A stretch of DNA of 21,977 nt, taken from a virus. The stretch spans positions 83,646-105,622 of IMG/VR virus record IMGVR_UViG_3300009703_002430. One strand, given 5' to 3'. The position numbers and the translations under genes are program-made. Below are positions 8,978 to 17,446 of the stretch, piece after piece. The notes below the pieces were generated by a model that saw only the letters and a program-made list of their open reading frames with translations, searched no databases and was not told the DNA's origin. Positions within the stretch are counted from its first letter, which is position 1. The number at the start of each line of letters is the position of its first letter.

Positions 8978-9775
8978 TCTAATATCTCCTATAGAAAACT
9001 TATTAGTGCTATCGTTTACGTAAAAAGCTTTACTTGAATTTAGTATAACGCTTCTTGGGTTGGCAGGTTTTGAAACCAAGCCCTTTCCAGAAAACGATAT
9101 ATTACGCAAAGCTCTACCAACTTTATATCCCTCATATTCTCCAGTTCCACCGTAACACCTGAGATGTTTAGTTAAAAATGCAGAATCTTCGTCTCTTGCC
9201 AAGACTTTGCCAGCTCCTTCGGGGTCTAGTAGAGCATAGTCAAAGCCTGCGAACAGGCATTCCATGGAAACGAACCATTTCCCTTCCTCTATCTCCGCAA
9301 TAATTTGTGACATACGATCTCTGTTTTCAGGATCAGTCCAGCTATTGTATATAACAGCTTGACTAACAATGTCAAAATCTTGCGGTTGTTCTTGAGAGTC
9401 TGCTTCGACTCTACTTCCTTCTTTGTCCAAAATATAACTACCAGTGATATGACCTATAATGTCATTCTCATTATGCATGAAGTTAAACTGCTTATCTTCA
9501 GGCGTGTTTCTTGCAGCCCATGTTGGTTCTGATTGGAAAACATCATCGTTTTTATTCCATCCAGTTGAAACCAGCACTGACTCAAGATAGTATAGATCTA
9601 TCTGATCTGGATTACTTTTTGCTAAAAGCTTTTCGAGTTGCGCTTCAACCTTTGGACTTACATCAGCCTCTGGTTGTAAATGCACTATGCTAGCTTCAGA
9701 GCAGTAGGCTATAGAGGCGTTGGTTTTAATAACCTCCCCTAAGCCGTCATTGATCTCTTGTTGGTATATTTTCAT
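8285..9775 (-). CDS. Prohead maturation protease fused to a C-terminal scaffold
   Basis: Start reassigned to ATG 9775 (MKIYQQEINDGL) behind RBS GAGGT, giving 496 aa. The N-terminal half has prohead-protease-like motifs HNENDIIGH, VSMEC and FSGKGLVSKPANPRSVI. The C-terminal half is an acidic coiled coil. Confidence 0.75.
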   Translation of the reverse strand: MKIYQQEINDGLGEVIKTNASIAYCSEASIVHLQPEADVSPKVEAQLEKLLAKSNPDQIDLYYLESVLVSTGWNKNDDVFQSEPTWAARNTPEDKQFNFMHNENDIIGHITGSYILDKEGSRVEADSQEQPQDFDIVSQAVIYNSWTDPENRDRMSQIIAEIEEGKWFVSMECLFAGFDYALLDPEGAGKVLARDEDSAFLTKHLRCYGGTGEYEGYKVGRALRNISFSGKGLVSKPANPRSVILNSSKAFYVNDSTNKFSIGDIRMSDNLLEKQVADLREELATAKQENEAIKAKIGEAKDKEFAATVEAFEADVQSKDEAIATLEETVKSTQAKIAELEDALATSQEELSVAMKDVEEMKKKEKMEKRKAALVEAGISEEDVDESLATFESLEDEAFEAIIAFMDKKEKKEKKDKKDDEAEGLGKGPKKPMAGETEAEESQEEAEEEAEAEVSEELFDEVETTEATLVEAEESDELETTRASIASWLSENVFTK

Positions 9776-9790
9776 ATGTCTTACCTCTAA

Positions 9791-9804
9791 AATAAATATA
9801 CACA
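9791..9804 (-). promoter_or_regulatory. Putative late promoter motif TGTGTATATTTATT
   Basis: GTGTAT at 9803-9798 (minus) in the portal-protease gap. Confidence 0.6.
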
Positions 9805-9831
9805 AAAATTTTTAATTAGTGCCAGTGAGCC

Positions 9832-11856
9832 CTATTTACAAACATATTCAACGTAGCATCCGATGGCGCTTCGTCTGTAGACATCTATGTTCATTGATGA
9901 GGTATCAATATTTTTAGCAGCCAAGCACTGACAAAACTCTTTTGGAGATAGAGCTCCAGCAGATAGTTTGTCATGAATTGTCTCCACGCTTACCTCTTGC
10001 AAAGGTTCTAGATTAGTGAGGACATCTAACTTGATTTTTTCCATAGAAGCGACTTCTGCCTTTGTTACCTGTCTAAGATTTTTCTTATTGTTCATCTTCA
10101 AGTAGGCGTCTGTAATTACCTCTGATATAGTATCGAATGTAGACTGTGCCCAGATTATAGTCTCTGCCAATCCCGGAGCGGATTTTGGCGTTTCAACACG
10201 TTGCTTTCTTGGCTTCTCGTCTACCTTAAAAGGAGGTCTACCATTATCCTTTGGCGCCTCTTTCTTATTAGGAGCTTGTGGCGATTGCTCCTGTTTCTTT
10301 TCGTTAAGGTCGGCTTGCTTTTCTATTTTTTCCATCTCTTTCTTATGATTAGCATTATGGAATGGGCTAGCCTTATCAGGGGCTTTGTCAGTCTCTCTTT
10401 CTTTATATTCCCTTCTGAGCCTGATCTTTTCAACAGACGGTACTTCGTGGAATCTTTCCAATACCGTTTCATGACTGATGATGTCTCTATCTGCTAGCTG
10501 TAGAAGAAGATTCTTCTCGGCAGCGTCATCTGCTAGGCTCATCTGGTCGTAATGAATTTCTGCTGCATATCTAAAGCCCATAGCTTTTCTGACAAGCTCT
10601 ATTTCATGTTGCCAGAACTTAGTCAACAAACTCCTGCCATACTGAAGTCTCTCTACTAAAGTTTTCAGACTTATGAAGTTGTTGGTGAACCCTCCTCCGT
10701 TTCCAGCCATACCAGTAAGAGTAGGAGGAACACCAAGGCCTGCGTAAATACTATTTAATACGGATTGATATTTTTCAGATCCTAAGAATTTATATACTTG
10801 GCTGTTTGACTCTGTATAACTTAACTCTGGCCCCCAAACAAGTTCCATAGTTCCGCCGCCAACGTTACTAGCAAGAATATCTCTCAACTTATTGATAGCA
10901 GCTCTGTTTGGAAGGATCTTATGGTCTAGATTACCAAGAGTCCATAGTCTGATATTTGATATTGCCCCATCTAGTGCAGACAGGTCAGCAAGTCGCATTT
11001 TTTCCAGCATTATAATATCATCGAGGATTGCGTAGATCATGGGGTTCGCCCACATTTGCCAATCGTCTTTTTTATAATGAAACACCTGAAGTCGTTCTTC
11101 GTCCAGTGGGATTTTTTTCTCCCCTCTTTGGATGGCTCGTTTCACTTTTGTAGGCAAGGTTTCCAAGATATTTGGAGGAATGTCTCCGTTCTTAAACTTG
11201 TCGTTAAAAATATTAGTGGAAAGGTTGAATGACTTTTTGCCCATAAACAAATTGAGCTCTCCATCTTTCATGCCTACATTCAGAGGGTTAAAGAAATTAT
11301 ACCTCCAAGGTATGACGTTTCTAGTCATATTTGGAATTTCTACCTTGATATCATTTGCGACTGACTTCATATACTTAGAAAGCTCTGGCGTAACATTCGC
11401 ATTACTTCTGTATACTACTACATTTCCACATCTATATAGGGTGTTCAAGAATCTTTCAGATCTCTCTTTACCATTACATTTTTTAAACCATTGCTTGAAG
11501 AACTTTTCTGCGCTCTTATTCTGATGTACCAAGCTAATACCTTGACTACCAAAGTCGCCCATCAAATCAATAATATTTCTGATAATCCCCACCTTGGAAT
11601 ATGCATCCATGCACATCTTAATCATGCGCTTCTGCTCTCTAGGAACCTGCTCATCAGGCCTAAAGGCGTGGTAATCCATTGATGTGAATCCGGGACGTAC
11701 AGAGCGATTAGACTCTATGTCTTTAAAATTCCTGTATGCCCGATAGCCAACACTTTTTGTCACGCCGTCATAAGAATTAACATTGTCAGAAAATGCGTCC
11801 ATAGCGATAGATTTGCTTGCGTCGTCGTGCCAAGTTATCATATTATTGTCTGTCAT
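9832..11856 (-). CDS. Portal protein
   Basis: 674 aa located between the terminase and the protease. Mostly helical, with a portal-like N-terminal helix (AYSKVGIIRNIIDLMGDF) and GLGVPPTLTG. Assigned mainly from gene order. Confidence 0.75.
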   Translation of the reverse strand: MTDNNMITWHDDASKSIAMDAFSDNVNSYDGVTKSVGYRAYRNFKDIESNRSVRPGFTSMDYHAFRPDEQVPREQKRMIKMCMDAYSKVGIIRNIIDLMGDFGSQGISLVHQNKSAEKFFKQWFKKCNGKERSERFLNTLYRCGNVVVYRSNANVTPELSKYMKSVANDIKVEIPNMTRNVIPWRYNFFNPLNVGMKDGELNLFMGKKSFNLSTNIFNDKFKNGDIPPNILETLPTKVKRAIQRGEKKIPLDEERLQVFHYKKDDWQMWANPMIYAILDDIIMLEKMRLADLSALDGAISNIRLWTLGNLDHKILPNRAAINKLRDILASNVGGGTMELVWGPELSYTESNSQVYKFLGSEKYQSVLNSIYAGLGVPPTLTGMAGNGGGFTNNFISLKTLVERLQYGRSLLTKFWQHEIELVRKAMGFRYAAEIHYDQMSLADDAAEKNLLLQLADRDIISHETVLERFHEVPSVEKIRLRREYKERETDKAPDKASPFHNANHKKEMEKIEKQADLNEKKQEQSPQAPNKKEAPKDNGRPPFKVDEKPRKQRVETPKSAPGLAETIIWAQSTFDTISEVITDAYLKMNNKKNLRQVTKAEVASMEKIKLDVLTNLEPLQEVSVETIHDKLSAGALSPKEFCQCLAAKNIDTSSMNIDVYRRSAIGCYVEYVCK

Positions 11857-11872
11857 ATCGTCGCCTATCAGT

Positions 11873-11894
11873 TAATTGGAATGTAATTGGAATG
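11873..11894. repeat. Perfect 11-bp tandem duplication TAATTGGAATG x2 in the portal leader
   Basis: Copies at 11873-11883 and 11884-11894. Confidence 0.85.
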
Positions 11895-11901
11895 GATCAT
11901 A

Positions 11902-11913
11902 GAAATTATACAC
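11902..11913 (-). promoter_or_regulatory. Putative late promoter motif GTGTATAATTTC
   Basis: GTGTAT at 11913-11908 (minus) in the terminase-portal gap. Confidence 0.6.
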
Positions 11914-11919
11914 GGATGA

Positions 11920-13908
11920 TTAATAAATGTCACCCATGTTCTCAGTAAACCAGTTTGGCCCACTGTAAAGGTCTTCTCTCTTCTTTGCTTTATAGTCTTC
12001 ACCAGCGGTGGCAAAACCGCCGTAGAAGTTATAGGCTTGAGGGGTTGGAGTCCTTTGTAAAACTCTAGCAGCCATGTTAGCCATAATTAATGCTGAGTAA
12101 CGGTCTTTCCTCATCTTACTCTTCTTTCCTGTGCCTACAACGACCTCTGGAGTATCCCATCTGTCCCTACCTGTAGCAGTTTGAGTAATCTGAATCATTG
12201 ACAACTCATCCTTGAGTTCTTCTATATCCATAACACACTCTTCTAAAGTATCAAAATGCCTACCCTTTAATCCATCGTCAGCATTGGATAGTCCAAGACT
12301 TATAGAGTCAAAGAATGGGAATAGCAAAATCTTGTCCTCAAAATCCTTTCTAAGTCCATGATTAGCCTCAGCAAGCCAGTCATACTTTGCGAACTGACAC
12401 ATTTCTAATATATGCAGTCCACGCTCATCGTCTGTGTCCTTTGGCTTATCGTCGTCTATGGTTGGCCATATAGCTAGTTCACCCTCTTGTATCTTATCCC
12501 TATCGTGTAAGGACTCCATAACGGCTATACCGCCGCCCTGAGCGTCCATAGCTATGTGGATGCATGGGAAGAGCTTCATGAGGTCTCTGATCTTCCTAGC
12601 ACAGTAGGAATAGAAGTCTGTCTCTCTAGAATATCCTCTTTTGACCTTTTCTTTATGCTCAGATCTTGTAGTAGTCCAGCAATGAACAATTCTTCTATGG
12701 TCTGGATTTACCTCTATGACAACTATGCTAAAGTTATCGACTTCAGACGCAGGGTCAACCCCAAAAATATATCTTTTATTAGGATCTCCAATAAGACTAG
12801 CTTCAAAATGTATTTCCTCTCCCTTGGAGTTTTTCAATACATTGTCGTTAGAAACGACGCAAGATTCTATTAGTGACCTCTTGAAAAAGCCCTGACTGTC
12901 CCTTGTAAAGCACGCACCAAACTCCATTTGATAAATACCGGCATGGACTGTAGCTTTAGATCTGGCTACCTGAGCAGCGTCCATAAAGCCCTCTGGTAAA
13001 AGCTCGTAAGGGATACGGATGATAGAGTACTGTGTCCAGTCAAAATCTTTAGGTACGTCATCGCCACCAAACACTTCTCTTAGTCTAGCTTCAATACCTC
13101 TGCTCTTTATGATAGACTTCCATTTTTTCCAGTATGTCGCAAAGTGATTAAAATCGTAATAAGCTGTACCGGAAAGAATAATTTGGTTGTCTTTGTTTTC
13201 TATGGTTTCTTCTTTTTTCTGCTCTACCTCAACGCCAAGCTCTTTAGCTCTTTTCTCTGCAGCAAGTCTTTTGACGTTATCAATTGGGTCTGCACTAACA
13301 GCAGCAAAACCTGCGACAACATTCTCAAAGATATCTCTAGGTATGGATGCAAATTCGTCAGATATAATATCGTTAGCACGTTGACCACGAATCTTTTGTC
13401 CATCACCGAGAGGTAGGCATGTTACAGTGCTGTCGTTTATGCGCATAACACATCTGTCTACATCTCTTCTCGGCCCGCTACTATCACTGCATATATCTCT
13501 TAAGATTGGAGCATTTCTCCATATGGTTTCCATGTACTCAAACAAAACCTTAGATTGTCTAAAGGCAGCACCTACTACCACAACTTTTCTATTTGGGAGT
13601 AAGAGAGCTCTAAGCAAGGCATATAGAGACAGCATAAATGATTTGCCGAAACCACGACTAGCGATTAACATTGGGAATTTCCTACTCCACATTTCATGAA
13701 GCATCAATGCCTGCGATGGTAAGATCTGAACATTCAGTATGTGCTTGCAAAGGAATGAAAAATATTCCGGCCTCATCATTAGGTAAGAGAGTCTTAGGTG
13801 GTAGTCTTCATCTGAAACTTTTAGTATTGACGTAGGGTTGAAAATATCTTTGTCGTCAATGTCCAAGCCCAACCAAGCGTCGTCTATCGTTCTTAACTCT
13901 TTTGTCAT
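11920..13908 (-). CDS. terL: Terminase large subunit
   Basis: 662 aa. Adenine-binding Q (ILPSQ), Walker A ASRGFGKS, KIRGQRA, Walker B IISDE, motif III ILSGTA, RNase H-like nuclease FGVDPAS and C-terminal KDRYSAL. Lies directly upstream of the portal. Confidence 0.9.
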   Translation of the reverse strand: MTKELRTIDDAWLGLDIDDKDIFNPTSILKVSDEDYHLRLSYLMMRPEYFSFLCKHILNVQILPSQALMLHEMWSRKFPMLIASRGFGKSFMLSLYALLRALLLPNRKVVVVGAAFRQSKVLFEYMETIWRNAPILRDICSDSSGPRRDVDRCVMRINDSTVTCLPLGDGQKIRGQRANDIISDEFASIPRDIFENVVAGFAAVSADPIDNVKRLAAEKRAKELGVEVEQKKEETIENKDNQIILSGTAYYDFNHFATYWKKWKSIIKSRGIEARLREVFGGDDVPKDFDWTQYSIIRIPYELLPEGFMDAAQVARSKATVHAGIYQMEFGACFTRDSQGFFKRSLIESCVVSNDNVLKNSKGEEIHFEASLIGDPNKRYIFGVDPASEVDNFSIVVIEVNPDHRRIVHCWTTTRSEHKEKVKRGYSRETDFYSYCARKIRDLMKLFPCIHIAMDAQGGGIAVMESLHDRDKIQEGELAIWPTIDDDKPKDTDDERGLHILEMCQFAKYDWLAEANHGLRKDFEDKILLFPFFDSISLGLSNADDGLKGRHFDTLEECVMDIEELKDELSMIQITQTATGRDRWDTPEVVVGTGKKSKMRKDRYSALIMANMAARVLQRTPTPQAYNFYGGFATAGEDYKAKKREDLYSGPNWFTENMGDIY

Positions 13909-14549
13909 TTTAAACTCGCTAACCCTCTATACTTCCTTGTTGACAGAACCCCGTCTGCGAAACCGTAATATACAGCCTCATTGCTGCTAAGATACCAATC
14001 CCCATCCTTGAGTTTTCTCTTTATAAACGTCTTAACCTTAGCCTCTGTGGGCTCCTCATATCTTTCTTTGAAGAACTTACCCTTAATACATTTCGTGACA
14101 TATATATCTAACATCGAATCTAATATGGTGGTTTCAAACTTTGACCAGCTCTGTGTGTCTAGATAGTTACCGTAATTTGAGCTACTCCCGTAGTGAGACA
14201 TGAAGTAGGAGTTTGGCATCATTATTCTTGTGTCTGCAGCTTGCAGGATTATGCTACTCATTGACTCTGCTTGGCCGTATACTACGATTGTTACGTGGGA
14301 TCTGGCGAGTTCAATAGCATCGTATATAGCCATTCCATCACCCCAGTTTCCACCAAGGCTGTGCATATGAATAAGTATTGGTTCATTTTTAATAGAATCC
14401 AGATGTCTAAGGTTTTTGATAAACGTAGTAGCCATGCGATACTCTACGCCGGGATCATCTTCAAACGGGCCGTAATGACCGTGCAGATATATCTCTCGCT
14501 GTTTAAGGTCTATATTTTGACCATGTATTGATTCAATATGTTCAGTCAT
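13905..14549 (-). CDS. ClpP-like (S14) serine protease
   Basis: Likely start ATG 14549 (MTEHIES), overlapping the upstream stop. Motifs REIYLHG, IHMHSLGG..DGMAIYDAI, catalytic Ser in GQAESMS, His in FMSHYG and Asp in DWYLSSNEAVYYGFADGV. Confidence 0.85.
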   Translation of the reverse strand: MTEHIESIHGQNIDLKQREIYLHGHYGPFEDDPGVEYRMATTFIKNLRHLDSIKNEPILIHMHSLGGNWGDGMAIYDAIELARSHVTIVVYGQAESMSSIILQAADTRIMMPNSYFMSHYGSSSNYGNYLDTQSWSKFETTILDSMLDIYVTKCIKGKFFKERYEEPTEAKVKTFIKRKLKDGDWYLSSNEAVYYGFADGVLSTRKYRGLASLK

Positions 14550-15036
14550 TAGCGTACATCTCATTAACACGTTTAAAAATACTGCTTACAGTTAAGAAAG
14601 CGTTGTATTTGTTTTCACAAAATACCACATGTATGTTATCTCTCAGCTGAAACTCCATTAAGCACTTTATTATGTATTTACCAGTTATTCTTAGCGTCTT
14701 TTTTTGAGCTTCTGGTATTCTGCTATTTTCTGGAAAGTCCACTAAGTCTCCAAGACTAAACTCCAGCACTATAAACTTATGCGGAAAAGATTTCATACGT
14801 TCTATTTCATTCATAAACGCATGTTTCTTTTTCCCTAGATTTTGAGCCAGCTCCTCCACACAGCCTTTTCTCTCAATACATATCTTGTCTTCCATTCCCT
14901 CAATAGAGTAGTCTCCAGTGTCTAGCTTTCTTTCTACCATGCCAGCACACTTATCATACTCTTTGAAAAAATAGCCTTCTTGTTCTCTAGTATCTTTGAT
15001 AACTGTAAATTTTGGAGCGTTTTTGTAATTAGTCAT
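14542..15036 (-). CDS. ERCC4-domain (XPF/Mus81-type) nuclease
   Basis: 164 aa with VIKDTREQ, LDTGDYSI and ICIERKGCVEE, matching the ERCC4 D-x-RE / GD / ERK signature, plus EIERM and FIVLE. Confidence 0.8.
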   Translation of the reverse strand: MTNYKNAPKFTVIKDTREQEGYFFKEYDKCAGMVERKLDTGDYSIEGMEDKICIERKGCVEELAQNLGKKKHAFMNEIERMKSFPHKFIVLEFSLGDLVDFPENSRIPEAQKKTLRITGKYIIKCLMEFQLRDNIHVVFCENKYNAFLTVSSIFKRVNEMYAND

Positions 15037-15292
15037 TTTTATGCACTATTTGATGAAATAACGATTCGTACAGGTGCTCGTGACCAGTGATCTCTTCATG
15101 GCACTTCCGGCACAAAGTAATGCCGTTGTCAACATCGTATCTCAATATGGCCGCACTAGACCATTTTTTTATATGGTGGGCTTGTAGTCTATACTTAGAG
15201 CCACAATCTGGCATCTGGCATTTAAACTTATCCCGGCTATAAACTTTTTTGCGCCAGTCTTTATAAACTGGATCGTCGTAGTTCCTTCTCAT
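15029..15292 (-). CDS. Small HNH endonuclease
   Basis: Likely start ATG 15292 (ATGA overlap). WRKKVYSRDKFKCQMPDC..LQAHHI..NGITLCRKCH is a typical zinc-binding HNH, upstream of terL. Confidence 0.85.
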   Translation of the reverse strand: MRRNYDDPVYKDWRKKVYSRDKFKCQMPDCGSKYRLQAHHIKKWSSAAILRYDVDNGITLCRKCHEEITGHEHLYESLFHQIVHKND

Positions 15293-15537
15293 TTGCAAGA
15301 AACCTTTGTTATCAAAATGTCGTTCTTTATTTCTTTACAGAGAAGCCTAGCTTTACTGCTACTGTCTTGGTCTAGTATCATTTTAAATAAACCGTGACTT
15401 GCTTTAAAACATGCTTCGTCTGGGTCATGAGCTTCGACAAAGATTATAGGCTGTTCCGAATTATATTCGTATATCCTATACTTCTTCAATCTAGCTATAA
15501 CCAAGCTAAGATCCATCTCTACTTTAAATATCTTCAT
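15289..15537 (-). CDS. Hypothetical protein (82 aa)
   Basis: Fills the gap between gmd and the HNH gene, overlapping both neighbours. Confidence 0.7.
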   Translation of the reverse strand: MKIFKVEMDLSLVIARLKKYRIYEYNSEQPIIFVEAHDPDEACFKASHGLFKMILDQDSSSKARLLCKEIKNDILITKVSCK

Positions 15538-16627
15538 ATAGGTCGTGTTCCATCATCAGCGTTACTAAATCTTTAAAGGAGTGTTTTGGCTCCCAACCTA
15601 ATTTTCTATTTGCCTTTGATGAATCGCCACGTAAATAGTCTACTTCTGCAGGTCTATAAAACTTAGGATCTATTACGACATATTTTTCCCAGTCGGCAAT
15701 CCCAATACCTGCAAAAGCTTCGTCTAAAAATTCTCTAATCGTATGTGTTTCACCTGTGCAAATAACATAATCATCCGGTTCTTCTTGTTGTAGCATCATC
15801 CACATGGCTTCTACGTAGTCTCCAGCGTAGCCCCAATCCCTAAACGCATCTAAATTCCCCAGTCTTAACTTAGGGTATTTCGGCGTTACTATAGCATCCG
15901 CCATAATTTTGTTAAGGACTATATCATCTTCCGTGAAAGAAATAGATGAATCATCCGGCGATGGAACATGTGTAGCCAAATCTAAATGGAGATTTCGACA
16001 CCATTTTGAAAATCCCCCAATCCACTTAGTGATTTTCCGAGTCACGAAATTTTCACCACGACGTGGCCCTTCATGATTAAATAATATTCCGGCACTTGCA
16101 TGTAAGCCGTAGGCTTCTCGGAACAATCTTACGGCGTAGTGAGCAGCGCATTTAGCTATAGCATATGGAGACTGTGGCAAGAATTTGGTTTCCTCGTTCT
16201 GGTATTTCTTACCGTCCCTACTGACACTATATGAGTCGCCAAACATTTCGCTTGATGACGCTTGGTAGAATTTACACTTGATATCAAGATCCACTATGGA
16301 CTGTAAGATATTGAAACAGCCTTTGCCCGTAATATCCCATGTGAGACCGGGTTGCTTAAAAGAGACTCCTACATGCGATTGTGCTGCTAGATTGTAGACT
16401 TCATCTACATCATCGTTATCTCGAATGATTCCCAAGACACTACTTACATCTGTAATGTCTCCGTGTACCAGATCGAATCTGGGTCTTCCAACAAGATGTT
16501 GTATTCTCTCCGTCGTGTCTACACTGCTTCTTCTAGCTACTCCAACCACATCGTATCGTTTCATTAGAAGTAGTTCCGCCAGATGGCTTCCGTCCTGCCC
16601 TGTTACGCCAAAAACAATTGCTTTCAT
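15524..16627 (-). CDS. gmd: GDP-mannose 4,6-dehydratase
   Basis: 367 aa with GVTGQDGSHL, NLAAQSHV, YQASSSEMFG, SPYAIAK (YxxxK), GILFNHEGPRRGENFVTRKI, LGNLDAFRDWG and YRPAEVDYLRGD. Confidence 0.95.
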   Translation of the reverse strand: MKAIVFGVTGQDGSHLAELLLMKRYDVVGVARRSSVDTTERIQHLVGRPRFDLVHGDITDVSSVLGIIRDNDDVDEVYNLAAQSHVGVSFKQPGLTWDITGKGCFNILQSIVDLDIKCKFYQASSSEMFGDSYSVSRDGKKYQNEETKFLPQSPYAIAKCAAHYAVRLFREAYGLHASAGILFNHEGPRRGENFVTRKITKWIGGFSKWCRNLHLDLATHVPSPDDSSISFTEDDIVLNKIMADAIVTPKYPKLRLGNLDAFRDWGYAGDYVEAMWMMLQQEEPDDYVICTGETHTIREFLDEAFAGIGIADWEKYVVIDPKFYRPAEVDYLRGDSSKANRKLGWEPKHSFKDLVTLMMEHDLYEDI

Positions 16628-17445
16628 AGTTTCTTAGTCCTTTTTACTCTAGTCCTATTCTCTTTGACCGAAAGTGGTCGTATGTTCTTATAGTTGCAGC
16701 ACTCCCTGTACTGCTTGTCATCTGTCAAATCAAAAGAAGAATATGGACGTATATGATCTATTTCCCATACATCGCCCTTGTTCTCCCAGCTCCAACCATC
16801 TTCAAATTGATTCTCTATGTGACTTCTTAGTTCTTCTCTTGTCGCCCCAAACATCTTGTGTGCCACACTACCGCGCTTTGCCAACAGCTTGCCCTTAATT
16901 ACACTATTCAAATAAGTTTGCGCAGTGGCGCGCTTAAAGGCGTGCTCATTGTTTTTTCTATAATCATTTCGCTGCTTGTTGTAGCAAGACTTACAAACTG
17001 AACAAGTAGTATTGCTTTGTCTCCTTCGTGACTCATCTCTCACTTTGTTACATCTGAAGCAAAGAAAGTCTCCGTTATGCAGCCAGTCAATGTGCTTGGA
17101 ATGAACAACGTTCAAGTTGCCCCAGTTTTTAACGCCGATTGTGGCAAGTAAAGGGTCGTGGTTCTCAGGAAACAGCTTTATCTCTATTGTTCTTGTGTCT
17201 ACTGAGGCAACAACCTCTGCAGGAGTCTTTCCTATAAAACCCTTCTCACCAACAAGTCTTTCACCAAGCTCCAGCCTACGGATGCCCATTTTGCTAGCAT
17301 AGCCCAAGGCTGTTCCTCGCGAAATGTCGTATCCAATTTGTTTCAATATTCTAACGCAGTCATCTGCTCCTCCATGCGGATAGAACCTCTCAATCACGGC
17401 CTTTATCTTTTTTATTCTAATTTTTGTTGGACTTAAAGTCTCCAT
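16624..17445 (-). CDS. Free-standing HNH-type (homing-endonuclease-like) protein
   Basis: Start more likely ATG 17445 behind GAGGA than TTG 17457. CFRC..CSVCKSC zinc motif. The C-terminal HIENQF..GWSWEN..WEIDHIRP.SSFDL..NYKNIRPL..EN domain is typical of viral HNH-like endonucleases. Confidence 0.75.
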   Translation of the reverse strand: METLSPTKIRIKKIKAVIERFYPHGGADDCVRILKQIGYDISRGTALGYASKMGIRRLELGERLVGEKGFIGKTPAEVVASVDTRTIEIKLFPENHDPLLATIGVKNWGNLNVVHSKHIDWLHNGDFLCFRCNKVRDESRRRQSNTTCSVCKSCYNKQRNDYRKNNEHAFKRATAQTYLNSVIKGKLLAKRGSVAHKMFGATREELRSHIENQFEDGWSWENKGDVWEIDHIRPYSSFDLTDDKQYRECCNYKNIRPLSVKENRTRVKRTKKL

Positions 17446-17446
17446 A

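Noticed and set aside
7176-17302. Other plus-strand ORFs of 60-130 aa within the late arm
   Set aside because: They are antisense to well-supported genes and have no recognisable motifs.
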